A stretch of DNA of 64,000 nt from an uncultured virus (IMG/VR IMGVR_UViG_3300046168_000009) (IMGVR_UViG_3300046168_000009), one strand, 5' to 3'. Numbered from the stretch's first letter, positions 1-9,469 are shown. Numbers and translations are program-made. Notes: generated by a model from the letters alone, not told the origin.

Positions 1-237
1 TACGGATTTATCTGTACCTTGAAATGCTTTATGAGCACTATGAGTAGCATAATTAGCTATTCCTTGTCTGAATTGCCATTCGCGCTTACGATATTCGTAG
101 TCAGTACACCATTTGTACATAGCTATACTTGAAGTACAGGGTTTATACTTGGTTTCAAACTGTTTTATTTGATTTAGTTTATCAGTGATTAGACCTTTAG
201 CGTCTAGCTCTTTAAATTTAGTGTCTTGAAATTGCAT
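1..237 (-). CDS. small early hypothetical protein (partial, runs off window start)
   Basis: Hand-translated ATG at 237 (MQFQDTKFKELDAKG...), open to position 1; A-rich leader like neighbouring early genes. Confidence 0.6.
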   Translation of the reverse strand, partial: MQFQDTKFKELDAKGLITDKLNQIKQFETKYKPCTSSIAMYKWCTDYEYRKREWQFRQGIANYATHSAHKAFQGTDKSV

Positions 238-241
238 AGTA

Positions 242-376
242 TTATTTATTAATTGATTTGTAAAAATCTATTTTGTTGAGAACATCTTGTCTAGTTATCT
301 CACCGTCCATTTGTTTACCGACGTAGTGAGTCATATCGATTTCTTTGCCATTAGGGCATGTTAGTATAAATTGCAT
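242..376 (-). CDS. small early hypothetical protein (44 aa)
   Basis: MQFILTCPNGKEIDMTHY...; AACT-ATG start context, tightly packed with neighbours. Confidence 0.6.
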   Translation of the reverse strand: MQFILTCPNGKEIDMTHYVGKQMDGEITRQDVLNKIDFYKSINK

Positions 377-387
377 AGTTAATTATT

Positions 388-507
388 TTAATAGAAATCA
401 TAATAGATGTCTAGTACGTTAGACTTTTGTTCGTCAGTTAGTTTAGTGTAATGCTTGTCGTATACTCGCCAAGATATTTTTAGTAGTGTGTATGAAAATG
501 TAGACAT
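388..507 (-). CDS. small early hypothetical protein (39 aa)
   Basis: MSTFSYTLLKISWRVY...; AACT-ATG context, just downstream of a class I motif. Confidence 0.55.
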   Translation of the reverse strand: MSTFSYTLLKISWRVYDKHYTKLTDEQKSNVLDIYYDFY

Positions 508-537
508 AGTTATATTTTTTAAAGATTATTAATTAGT

Positions 538-681
538 TTATTGTATTATCGATTTTGAGTCGTATTTAGTTTGTATTGGTTTTTCGTAGTTCTCATCATT
601 GAGAGTTCCAAAGAGTAACTCGTCAAAATATTCTTCACGAGCTATAAATCTCTGTTGTAGTTTGCTATAATAACTCTTCAT
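538..681 (-). CDS. small early hypothetical protein (47 aa)
   Basis: MKSYYSKLQQRFIAREE...; start overlaps stop of 681..890 (TAATG). Confidence 0.55.
   Translation of the reverse strand: MKSYYSKLQQRFIAREEYFDELLFGTLNDENYEKPIQTKYDSKSIIQ
544..575 (-). promoter_or_regulatory. class I (early) phage promoter-like motif
   Basis: Minus-strand TACA-N-AC-NN-AATACGA-N9-GATAATA; same core and spacing at 1352, 1536, 62220. Confidence 0.7.
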
Positions 682-890
682 TAGTAGCAAATTTGACAGT
701 TAATAGAATCCATCGCTGAATAATCAACTTGGCCTGTTATCATCATAAAGATGAAGAATGTAATTCCGCCAAACGCTAATGGCATTAGTAAACCGAAAGC
801 TATTACTTCCGCTACCACTTCTGCTAGTGGTTTTGATTTTACATATTTAGTTACTGCAGGAATAAATCCTCTGAATTTAAAGTGTGACAT
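681..890 (-). CDS. small membrane protein
   Basis: 69 aa ORF with one long hydrophobic stretch. Confidence 0.6.
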   Translation of the reverse strand: MSHFKFRGFIPAVTKYVKSKPLAEVVAEVIAFGLLMPLAFGGITFFIFMMITGQVDYSAMDSINCQICY

Positions 891-911
891 AGTTATAATT
901 TAGTTATTAGT

Positions 912-953
912 TGTCATAGTGTGAATCGAACACACTCGTGTACCATAATGACA
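912..953 (-). ncRNA. tRNA-like minihelix (acceptor + T arm, no anticodon arm)
   Basis: TGTCAT-tatggtacacg-AGTGTG-TTCGATT-CACACT-ATGACA: 6+6 bp stems, 7-nt T-loop, GG-containing linker. Confidence 0.5.
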
Positions 954-1073
954 TTGCTGTTTTCAACATTGTTTAGACAGGTGATGTACACAGCTTAACG
1001 CGCCTGTATAATATCCAGTCTAGCCTGTTGCCTGCTCGGTTCGGATAGTCACCGTTTTGTAAAGAAGTAGTAG

Positions 1074-1304
1074 TTATACTACCTCTTTATCTCTTAGTAC
1101 AACTGGAACACTAGTTGAAGAAGTGTACGAGCCATATTTTTCGAAGCAATTTATAGAAGATAATTTGTCTTTCATAATTTCATACACTTTATCGTGATTG
1201 TAAGTGAATGATTTGCCTGATTTAAATTCTACATTGATAGTAGTATTTTTGCCGATTAAAGATTTTCTGATGACGAATCTTTTTGAAGTAATTGAATTTT
1301 GCAT
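1074..1304 (-). CDS. early hypothetical protein
   Basis: 76 aa ORF, AACT-ATG context, downstream of class I motif. Confidence 0.7.
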   Translation of the reverse strand: MQNSITSKRFVIRKSLIGKNTTINVEFKSGKSFTYNHDKVYEIMKDKLSSINCFEKYGSYTSSTSVPVVLRDKEVV

Positions 1305-1351
1305 AGTTAAAAGTATTTATTATTATTATTAGTATTTATTAGTTACATTAT

Positions 1352-1383
1352 TATTATCATTATGTATTCGTATTATGTTTGTA
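1352..1383 (-). promoter_or_regulatory. class I (early) phage promoter-like motif
   Basis: Plus strand TATTATC-attatgtat-TCGTATT-at-GT-t-TGTA. Confidence 0.7.
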
Positions 1384-1516
1384 ATAACTTGTATTGAAAT
1401 CTTTGAAAGTAATATATTTCATCGAGTATACACTCTGGCATTACATTTTGTGTAATTACTTCTGGATTTTTTATTAGAAATAATTCTATTGATTGTATGT
1501 AAGTTATTCGTTTCAT
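1373..1516 (-). CDS. small early hypothetical protein (47 aa)
   Basis: MKRITYIQSIEFISNK...; first gene after the class I motif at 1536. Confidence 0.5.
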   Translation of the reverse strand: MKRITYIQSIELFLIKNPEVITQNVMPECILDEIYYFQRFQYKLLQT

Positions 1517-1535
1517 AGTTAGTTTGTTACATTTA

Positions 1536-1567
1536 TATTATCATTATAACTTCGTATTAAGTATGTA
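1536..1567 (-). promoter_or_regulatory. class I (early) phage promoter-like motif
   Basis: Plus strand TATTATC-attataact-TCGTATT-aa-GT-a-TGTA. Confidence 0.7.
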
Positions 1568-1588
1568 AAATAGTTTAGTAGTAGAATG

Positions 1589-1693
1589 TGACAAGATGTC
1601 ATACCACTATGTCACTATGTCATTAACAATAGTATATTATATATATGACGTAATGTCATGACAATCAGTCATATGTGTCATGTCAATGTGTCA
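1589..1693. repeat. cluster of TGTCA/TGAC iteron-like repeats around an AT-rich core (putative origin or packaging site)
   Basis: 11 GTCA/TGAC units in about 105 bp, including three TGAC-N5-GTCA palindromes; AT-rich stretch 1623-1645; lies in the divergent intergenic region. Confidence 0.6.
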
Positions 1694-1927
1694 TACAACT
1701 AAATCTCACAAGGAAAAGAAGAGCGAGACAGGATAATAGCTATGAAATCTAGGTAGAAAAGTCTAAACCCCCCGCTCGGGGCCCTGGAAAGTCGTATATA
1801 TGACATGGAAAATCCTGAAACACACGCGGACCCGCAAATTTGAAACCCATTTTTCCTAGAGAAAAGGAAGGCGAGGATAGGGGGCAACACCATACCCCTA
1901 TATTTGTAATAACTTTTTAAAAAACAG

Positions 1928-1972
1928 TGACATAAGCCTTATAATATAGATAAGTAACCGCCTATTGTCACA
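1928..1972. promoter_or_regulatory. operator-like element TGACAT-NN-GCCT-N22-CTATTGTCACA (copy 1)
   Basis: Second copy with identical spacing at 60230-60274. Confidence 0.55.
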
Positions 1973-1978
1973 CTTTAT

Positions 1979-2007
1979 GTAAAAACGCTTCAAAACCTGT
2001 AATGATA
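1979..2007 (+). promoter_or_regulatory. class II (middle/late) phage promoter-like motif
   Basis: GTAAA-N15-GTAATGATA at the head of the structural arm; same pattern at 7269, 32475 and 58846(-). Confidence 0.65.
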
Positions 2008-2039
2008 TAGACTAAAGAAAATAAATAAAAACTAACTAA

Positions 2040-2512
2040 ATGTCTATACTGCAAAGCTATCCAAAAGGAACGCCTAAAAAGGAGATTATATAATTGGTAC
2101 ATCGATGCCACCGGCTAATTCCGACGAAATGCCAACTACTAGAAACTTTACAGTAGACGCAGTCGCTGCAATTGCCAACTCTACAGCTGCATACACGGCA
2201 TACGCTGCTAGATTACAAGCTTCTAGTGGAGCTGGCGGTAGCACACCAACGGTTAATTTGCTAGCGAATAACACAGGTCTTGCGATCGCGTGGAATAGAA
2301 ATGGCGTTGGTCAATATGACGCTACAATAACAGGAGGTGTAGTACCAGAAAGTAAATGCTGGTTTACAGCCTCAGGTGGTGGTAGTAATAATTATCAAAA
2401 AGTTTCTTTTGGCAGTCAGACAGAGTTAACACTTCAAAATTATGATGGTACCACAGGCGTTGCAGCTGAAGGATTAAACGAGGTTTACATAGAAATAAGA
2501 ATATACTCATAA
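2040..2512 (+). CDS. virion/tail-associated protein (apparent 1-nt frameshift near 2080)
   Basis: ATG2040 MSILQSYPKGTPK.. joins the 2105 ORF (..GDYIIGTSMPP) if one A is added to an A run; N-terminus resembles that of the next gene (SYP...D..IGT). Confidence 0.6.
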
Positions 2513-2515
2513 CAC

Positions 2516-3226
2516 ATGGCAAGAATAAGTTCGTATCCGTTCGATACAACTGTCACAGATAATGACGCATGGATAGGAACTGACGCGGCAAACAGACAGA
2601 CAAAGCAATTCACTGCTTCAGCAGTAGCTACTTACCTTAATATTAACGCTAAAGTTAATATAGGGGGTCAAATGTCTTTTAAATGGTCTGACACTCAAAA
2701 TGGTGGAACAGGTACAATATCTAAAACCGGTGGTGGTGGATCTGCAACAGGACTTGATACTTTAACACAATTAAGAATATCTATAATAGAACTTAATGGT
2801 CAAAATGTGGTTAAGTTTTTAGAGTACATAACAGGTAAACCTATATTACTAGGTCAAGGAGATCAGATAAGTCAGTTTGGTAATTATACACTAGACACTT
2901 ATACTGTAGATCCTACAGATCCTTTTTATTATATAGCTGATTTAACCTACATTGGCGGTAATGGAGTTATTGCTCCACAAGGAACCCAATATACATTAAT
3001 ACATTTTGATATAACTAGCAGCGGAGATGTAAATCTAAAACAAAATTTTACTTCTTCAACACAGTGGGTTATAAATAATACAACAGGTAAGGCAGAACCT
3101 TCAGTCACTTTAACTGACAACTTAAATCCGCCAAACGAAATAAAAGGATGTGTAACATACACAAACGCAACAACGATAACAGTCGATTTTGATAAAACAG
3201 TAGCAGGATCGTCAATACTAAATTAA
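2516..3226 (+). CDS. tail fibre-associated structural protein
   Basis: 236 aa, T/G-rich beta-type composition, MARISSYP..D.WIGTD N-terminus. Confidence 0.6.
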   Translation: MARISSYPFDTTVTDNDAWIGTDAANRQTKQFTASAVATYLNINAKVNIGGQMSFKWSDTQNGGTGTISKTGGGGSATGLDTLTQLRISIIELNGQNVVKFLEYITGKPILLGQGDQISQFGNYTLDTYTVDPTDPFYYIADLTYIGGNGVIAPQGTQYTLIHFDITSSGDVNLKQNFTSSTQWVINNTTGKAEPSVTLTDNLNPPNEIKGCVTYTNATTITVDFDKTVAGSSILN

Positions 3227-3245
3227 CAATATAAAAAAATAAACT

Positions 3246-5615
3246 ATGCCTATTAATTACTACTGCGCCATTGCAATGAATGGCTCTGATATTGAAATGA
3301 ACCGTAATGAGCTTTTGCTTCCGGTCATAGACAATGAAACCTCTGCACCAGCGACAGGTAGTGAGGTAGAAGGTCAAATGTATTACAACACCAGCACTAA
3401 CATTATGTATTTCTACAATGGAAGCGCATGGGTTGAAATGGACGGAACTGGTTCAGGTGTATCTTCATTAGCTGGAGGAACGTCTACATATATAACAAAT
3501 TCAGTTGACGTATCCAGTGGTGATGTTACTTTAACTAGTACATTAGCTGGAGGATCTGGAACTAACACTCAGTTTTATAGAGGTGATGGCACATGGGCAA
3601 CACCCGCTGGAGCTTATACTAAATGGCAGTATAAAGTAAACGGTGGAACAAGTATTGATATGATTGATGGTGAAATACTTAATTTTATCTCAAACACCGG
3701 TATTGGTTTAGCTGGTTCAGCTGCATCCCCAAATACACTTACTATATCAAACACAGGTGTAACAAGTATTTCTGCAGGCACTGGTATTTCTGTAAGCGGT
3801 TCTACAGGCGCGGTTACAATTACAAACACCGGAGCTAATACAACTTCTTTAGGTATTGCAAATTCTGGTGGAACCGAGCAGTTTACAGTTACTGATACGG
3901 TAGATTTACAGTTTGCTGCTTCAGGTGGCGCGAGTGTTGCTTTTGATTCTACAAATAAAAGAGTAACATATACAGCACCATCTAATACAAATGAAACATA
4001 TACATTACCAGTTGCTGCAGGCGGCGCTAATTCTGCTGTTCTTAATTTAACAGCTGGTGGTACTGGTTCTGGTATTAAATCTTCTGTAACAATAAATGGA
4101 GATTCTAATACAGTTAAGGTTACTGAATCCACTGGAAACAACGGAAGTGTAACTCTTGATCTGCAAGATGACGTAACAATAGCTGCAAGTTTAACAGTTA
4201 CTACAGATTTAAATGTTGGTGATGATATAGCTTTAACAGGTGGTAGTTCTAAAATAACAGGTCTTGTTACTTCTCAAATTCAAAATGATACAGATGCTGC
4301 TAACAAAAAGTATGTAGACGATTTAGTTGCTGGTGGTTTAACATTTAAAGATGGTTTTGACGCTGGAACTGGTGCAATTGATGGTGGTGGTAACCTTACA
4401 ACTGGTGCTTCTAGAGTCGCAGTTTCTGTCGGTGATTACTATGTAGTAACTACAGCAGGTTCTTTTTATGGCTCTGTTTCTTTAGATGTTGGGGATTCTG
4501 TAATCGCTAAACTAGATGCAGCACAAGGTACATCAGATATAAACGACTGGGTCATTATTCAAGGTGATGAAGGTGTTGTATCTTTAGGTCTTACAACTGG
4601 TGCTTCTACTGGAGCTCCTTTAACAGCTAACGCAACTTCAGGTGCTATTACTTTAACAAGTAGATCATATGACGGTGGTAGTAAAGCTGGTTACGTTCCA
4701 GTTGGTGGTTCTTCTTCTACGTTCTTACGTGGAGATGGTACTTGGGTAACACCTACAAATTCAGGTGGTACTATAACTAGCATTGATATAACAGAAACAG
4801 GTACCGCACTTACTATTACAGAAAGCGGAACTGCTACTGATCCTGATTTTGACATATCAGGAGCTGGTACATCTTCTCAAGTTATTCTTGGTGATTTAAC
4901 ATTAGCAAGTTTACCTTCATCATACACTGGCTGGACTGCCAATGGTGACAGTGGAAGCGCTAGTGTTGATAGCGGTGGTACGTTAATATTTGATGGTGGT
5001 AGTGGTCAAGGTATAACAACTTTAGCTAACAACTCTGGAACAGGTGGAACAGTTAGTTTTAGTTTAGATATTGACAACTTAGCTGTAGACACAGGAGTAC
5101 AAACTTCTGATTTCTTAGCGTTAGCGCCAAGTGGTGGTTCAACTAAAAAAGCTACAATAGCAACTATACTAGCTTTAGCTCCACAAGGAGATATAGAAAC
5201 TGTAAGTGAAGCCACAGCTAATAATAGATTAGGTATTGATATATTAGCACCTGGTGGTCCAGATGTGACTGTTGGATTAGATGTTGTAAACCTTGGAAAT
5301 CTAGGTGCAGCACCTGCGACTGATGATGAACTTATAATATATGATAAAAGTACTGCTACTAATAAAGCTGTAACTGTAGCAAATCTTGCAGCAGCAACTC
5401 ACGATGCTAATTCATACGCTGCTACTATAACTGGCTTTGGAACAGTAACACACAACTTAGGATCTTACGATGTAATAGTGCAACTATATAATGCTGCTAA
5501 TTATGAAACAATACACGCTTGTGTTGACAGAACGTCCACAAATGTAGTAGGTATATCAGGTAATAGCTTTCCTGCTGGAAACATTAGAGTTTTAGTAAGT
5601 AAAGTTATTGCGTAG
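3246..5615 (+). CDS. tail fibre protein
   Basis: 789 aa G/T/S-rich; DAANKKYVD motif, two F(Y/L)RGDGTW repeats, GQMYYNT and VTHNLG motifs typical of phage fibres. Confidence 0.8.
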   Translation: MPINYYCAIAMNGSDIEMNRNELLLPVIDNETSAPATGSEVEGQMYYNTSTNIMYFYNGSAWVEMDGTGSGVSSLAGGTSTYITNSVDVSSGDVTLTSTLAGGSGTNTQFYRGDGTWATPAGAYTKWQYKVNGGTSIDMIDGEILNFISNTGIGLAGSAASPNTLTISNTGVTSISAGTGISVSGSTGAVTITNTGANTTSLGIANSGGTEQFTVTDTVDLQFAASGGASVAFDSTNKRVTYTAPSNTNETYTLPVAAGGANSAVLNLTAGGTGSGIKSSVTINGDSNTVKVTESTGNNGSVTLDLQDDVTIAASLTVTTDLNVGDDIALTGGSSKITGLVTSQIQNDTDAANKKYVDDLVAGGLTFKDGFDAGTGAIDGGGNLTTGASRVAVSVGDYYVVTTAGSFYGSVSLDVGDSVIAKLDAAQGTSDINDWVIIQGDEGVVSLGLTTGASTGAPLTANATSGAITLTSRSYDGGSKAGYVPVGGSSSTFLRGDGTWVTPTNSGGTITSIDITETGTALTITESGTATDPDFDISGAGTSSQVILGDLTLASLPSSYTGWTANGDSGSASVDSGGTLIFDGGSGQGITTLANNSGTGGTVSFSLDIDNLAVDTGVQTSDFLALAPSGGSTKKATIATILALAPQGDIETVSEATANNRLGIDILAPGGPDVTVGLDVVNLGNLGAAPATDDELIIYDKSTATNKAVTVANLAAATHDANSYAATITGFGTVTHNLGSYDVIVQLYNAANYETIHACVDRTSTNVVGISGNSFPAGNIRVLVSKVIA

Positions 5616-5658
5616 TAATAATCTAATCAAATTTAATTAATAAATAAACTAAATATAA

Positions 5659-7268
5659 ATGGCTATACAATATTGTGATTATGACATAAAAGGCACTTTA
5701 GCTGTGGCTGGAACCTCTACTTTATCAGGTATTGTTACTATAACTGAAGCTACTAGTAGTCCATTATTGAACATATATAACACATCAAACGGTAGTGGTG
5801 CTACTATTAGGTTTAGTGATCAAACAAGTCAAAGTCAAGTAGGTAATATAACATTTTATCATAGTGATGGATCATCACAAGGAGGAGGTGCTTCATGGCA
5901 TTTTGTAAGTGAGCCAGATACTGTTTTGGTAGTTGGTAGTGGTTCTGTTAATGGTAGATTTGTAGCTAAGTCTGCTGGTTCTGTAGGAGAAGTTGATTAT
6001 GGGTTTTATGACGATGTTAATACCGGTATGGTTAGAACTTCAGCTGACAATGTTTCATTAGTAGCAGGAGGAGTAGCTGGTATAGCAGTAGGTAGCACAG
6101 GAGATGTTACAGTTGGTAAAGACTTATACATACCAGAATACTTGTACCACACAGGGGATACAAACACGTATCTTCGTTTTCAAAGCGATTCAATTGAGTT
6201 GCAAACTGGAGGTTGGAAAGTTTTTGGTAATACAACTTTAAAATATGGTGCTTTATATGGTGATAATTCTCTTAGAGTTTATGCGACACAAGCTGGTGGG
6301 TATATAAATGGAACATTAACCGTTGACACTATAAATAATGCTACTTCAGATACTGATAAATTTTTAGTGTCTGATGGTGATGAAATTAAATATAGAACTG
6401 GTGCAGAGGTATTAGCAGATATAGGCGCTGGCACAGGCACAGTAACAGGATCAGGTAATAATAAACAGCTTGCTTTTTTTGATAGTGGTTCAAGTTAACC
6501 TCAAATAGCTCGTTTAAAGAGCTATCAACTGGAATTATATATGCTGAAAGATCATTTCGAGTTAAAGGAGTTGGGGGCGCTGATTTTTCGTCGGCGAGTG
6601 ATGATGACACAGGTTTAGGTTACTTTGATGGTGCTAACGGAGTAAGCCTTGTGAGTAAAGGTGCAAAAAATCTTACTGTAAAAGAAGGAACTATTGAGTT
6701 TGATACATATACTTCTACATCAGTTGCCACAACAGGAAGCTTAAATCCTAATCAAAACAGACAAGCACCATCTCAAGATACATTAGCAACTTTAGCTGTT
6801 GATCCAAGTGGTAATGTTGTAAGAGGTGAACAAGAAGGAACATGGACATTTACAAGAGCTCAATTAGACGCAACTTTAGGCCAAACTTTAATAGCAGCAC
6901 CAGGAGCAAACAAAGCAATTATAGTTACAGAATCTGATTGGATGGTGAAGTATAGTGCAACAGGATCTATGAGTGGTACTCAAACTTATGAAATAAGACA
7001 AGCAAATTTAGCACAAGCTAATGCTTCAGTATCAGTTTTACCTGCTTTAAGATTTAATGAGATAGTTAACCAGTCTCAATCAGGATCAGCTCCATTTTAT
7101 GGATTTTATACAAGAGATATACCTACTGGTTCTGGTTCTCAAGGTAGAACATATGCAGTTAACAAGGCTACTACTTTTCATAAACAAACAAGTTCACCAT
7201 ACCCAAGTGGGCTAACAAGTATATCTATAAAAATAAGATATAGAGTATTTGATGTTGATACTTTTTAA
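5659..7268 (+). CDS. tail fibre / receptor-binding protein (ORFs 5659..6498 and 6651..7268 joined across a 1-nt frameshift at about 6495)
   Basis: Frame of the second ORF is open from 6495 (LTSNSSFKELSTG...); fibre-like composition throughout. Confidence 0.65.
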
Positions 7269-7297
7269 GTAAATATGGTGTAAAACCAGTGATAATA
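7269..7297 (+). promoter_or_regulatory. class II promoter-like motif upstream of the chaperonin operon
   Basis: GTAAA-tatggtgtaaaacca-GTGATAATA, followed by hairpin TGCTC-ggtga-GAGCA (7308-7322). Confidence 0.65.
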
Positions 7298-7355
7298 CAA
7301 ATATACCTGCTCGGTGAGAGCAATAACCAAGTGTCTAACTTAAAAACCAAAACCA

Positions 7356-7646
7356 ATGACATTTTATTACCAGACTAGTTCGTGGAGTAGTCAACCACAA
7401 ATAACGGAAGAAACCAAACAAATTTGGGAACACATAGTTCAAAAGAAAAACTGGAGAATTGTACAGTTACCAAATGGATTTTACCAAACAGAATACCTTG
7501 ATCCAAAAAAAGAAGATTCATGGATCGATGTAACGAGACGCGAAACAATGGAAGGTGCTGAATCAGCAATAGACGCTTCTATTAACCATTATGAGAAAAA
7601 ATTAGCTCATACTCGCGGACCACAAGTCGTTAAAACTTTTAAATAA
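7356..7646 (+). CDS. hypothetical protein
   Basis: 96 aa ORF with A-rich leader, preceding groEL. Confidence 0.75.
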   Translation: MTFYYQTSSWSSQPQITEETKQIWEHIVQKKNWRIVQLPNGFYQTEYLDPKKEDSWIDVTRRETMEGAESAIDASINHYEKKLAHTRGPQVVKTFK

Positions 7647-7674
7647 AATAAATCAAATTAAATCTAATTAAATC

Positions 7675-9225
7675 ATGGCAGACGCTATAGTAAAAAATCT
7701 TAGTTTTGGAGACAAAGCTAAAGATAAAATATTTAAAGGAATTGAACAACTCACAAATGCTGTTAGCTCCACGCTTGGAGCTAGCGGTAAATGTGTTATA
7801 ATGGAAGATGACCAGGGTAATCCTGTCATAACAAAGGATGGTGTTACTGTCGCAAACTGTATAACACTGCACGATCCAATTGAAAATATGGGTGCAACTT
7901 TATTAAAGGGCGCAGCGAGAAAAACAGTTAATGAAGCTGGCGATGGAACAACTACAGCCACTGTATTAGCTCATGCTATACTAAGTGAAGCTCGTAGTAA
8001 AGACGTAAACACTAGAGAACTAAAAGAAGGTATAAATAAAGCTGTTGATAAAGTTGTTAAATATTTAGAATCAATAAGTATACCTGTCAAAGGTGACATG
8101 ATAGATGATATAGCAACTATATCAACCAACAATGATAAAGTTCTAGGTAAGTTAATAGGTGATGCTTTTAGAGAAGTAGGTGAAACAGGGATTGTGACAC
8201 TTGGTGTTTCTGAAAATGGAATAACAGAAACAGAGATAGTAGATGGTATAGAATACTACAAAGGTTATTGCCATCAAAACTTTATAACTGATAAAGAAAA
8301 AGGCACGGCAGAACTAGATAAACCGCTGGTTTTAATAATGGAATCAAAAGTAGAATCTATTAGACAAATACAACCCGTGTTAGAACATGTAATAAAAAAC
8401 AACAAACCATTACTTTTAATAGGCGAAGTTGATCCTACTGTTCTTTCTGCTTTAGTAATGAATAAAATGAAGGGTAATATTAAAGTAAACGTTGTAGACC
8501 CTCCGGCGTATGGCTTACGTAAAAAAGAAATACTAAATGATTTAGCATTACTTACAAATTCAACTATAATTAACGAGGATTTAGGTGATGATTTGAATGC
8601 AATACAAATAGATTATTTAGGTGAATGTGTAAAGTCAGTTTCTCAAGAAAATCAAACAGTAATTCAAGTAGAAGAAATACCTGAGGAAGCTAAAGATTTT
8701 ATAGAAAAAATTAAAAAAGATTTAAAAAAGAAAAACCCTGCACACGTTGTTGTTAATTTAGAAAGAAGATTAGCTACATTAAGTGCTAAAGTGGCTATAG
8801 TAAAAGTAGGTGCTTTTTCTGATGTAGAATTAAAAGAAAAAACAGATAGGGTCGAAGATGCTATATGTGCTACAAAAGCCGCTATAAAACAAGGTATAGT
8901 ACCAGGAGGTGGTATTGCTTTATTAAACGCTTCGTTGATAATAAAACCTAAAACAAAAGGTCAAAAAGTATTATTAGAAGCTATAAAGTCACCTTTTAAA
9001 ACTATACTTAAAAACGCTAATATTAAAGAACCGGATTTTAGTAAAAATGATGGTACTGGATTAAACGTGGTTACAGGAAAAATGGTAAATATGGTTGAGT
9101 CAGGGATTATTGATCCTTTGCTCGTAACTAAAAGCGCTTTGATTAACGCGGCTTCTGTGGCAACAACTATTCTTTCTACTGATTGTGTAATTAATAATAT
9201 GAGAATAGATGAAAGCACTAGGTAG
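7675..9225 (+). CDS. groEL: phage chaperonin GroEL (Cpn60)
   Basis: ITKDGVTVA, AGDGTTTATVLA, RVEDAICATKAA, GIVPGGG, GIIDP motifs; no GGM tail. Confidence 0.97.
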   Translation: MADAIVKNLSFGDKAKDKIFKGIEQLTNAVSSTLGASGKCVIMEDDQGNPVITKDGVTVANCITLHDPIENMGATLLKGAARKTVNEAGDGTTTATVLAHAILSEARSKDVNTRELKEGINKAVDKVVKYLESISIPVKGDMIDDIATISTNNDKVLGKLIGDAFREVGETGIVTLGVSENGITETEIVDGIEYYKGYCHQNFITDKEKGTAELDKPLVLIMESKVESIRQIQPVLEHVIKNNKPLLLIGEVDPTVLSALVMNKMKGNIKVNVVDPPAYGLRKKEILNDLALLTNSTIINEDLGDDLNAIQIDYLGECVKSVSQENQTVIQVEEIPEEAKDFIEKIKKDLKKKNPAHVVVNLERRLATLSAKVAIVKVGAFSDVELKEKTDRVEDAICATKAAIKQGIVPGGGIALLNASLIIKPKTKGQKVLLEAIKSPFKTILKNANIKEPDFSKNDGTGLNVVTGKMVNMVESGIIDPLLVTKSALINAASVATTILSTDCVINNMRIDESTR

Positions 9226-9469
9226 AAATTTAATTATAGAAAAGCTAGAAGATCAAATTCAAGAAACCGATGGTGGATTGCTTTTAGCGGAAATACACCG
9301 AGATGACATTAGATACTTAAAGGCTAAAATTATAAGTCTAGGTAATGATGTTGAAGGTGTTAAAAAAGAAGATATTATATTTTATGATAAGCACGCTGGT
9401 CATAAGATACAGAATAATAAAAAAATATATCACGTTATTAAGTCAACAGACGTGGTCGTTGTTTTGTGA
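9209..9469 (+). CDS. groES: co-chaperonin GroES (Cpn10)
   Basis: 86 aa, ETDGGLLL mobile loop, overlaps end of groEL. Confidence 0.9.
   Translation: MKALGRNLIIEKLEDQIQETDGGLLLAEIHRDDIRYLKAKIISLGNDVEGVKKEDIIFYDKHAGHKIQNNKKIYHVIKSTDVVVVL

Noticed and set aside
1031..1040. CCTGCTCGGT shared with 7306-7315
   Set aside because: Single 10-bp match, with opposite orientation relative to local transcription and no extension
1589..1693. CRISPR array or DGR repeat
   Set aside because: Units are only 4-5 bp with irregular spacing; no cas or reverse transcriptase gene in the window
1699..1893. 64-aa minus-strand ORF in the intergenic block
   Set aside because: Lies upstream of the first class I motif, with atypical composition and no A-rich start context
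3614..4141. Antisense ORFs within tail fibre and other structural genes
   Set aside because: Typical shadows of biased codon usage; no start context or motifs
6474..6498. Programmed -1 frameshift at the T7 run (GCT TTT TTT GAT) joining the two fibre ORFs
   Set aside because: The -1 frame hits TGA and TAG immediately after the run and only opens after them (from about 6486), so a missing base near 6495 is the simpler explanation
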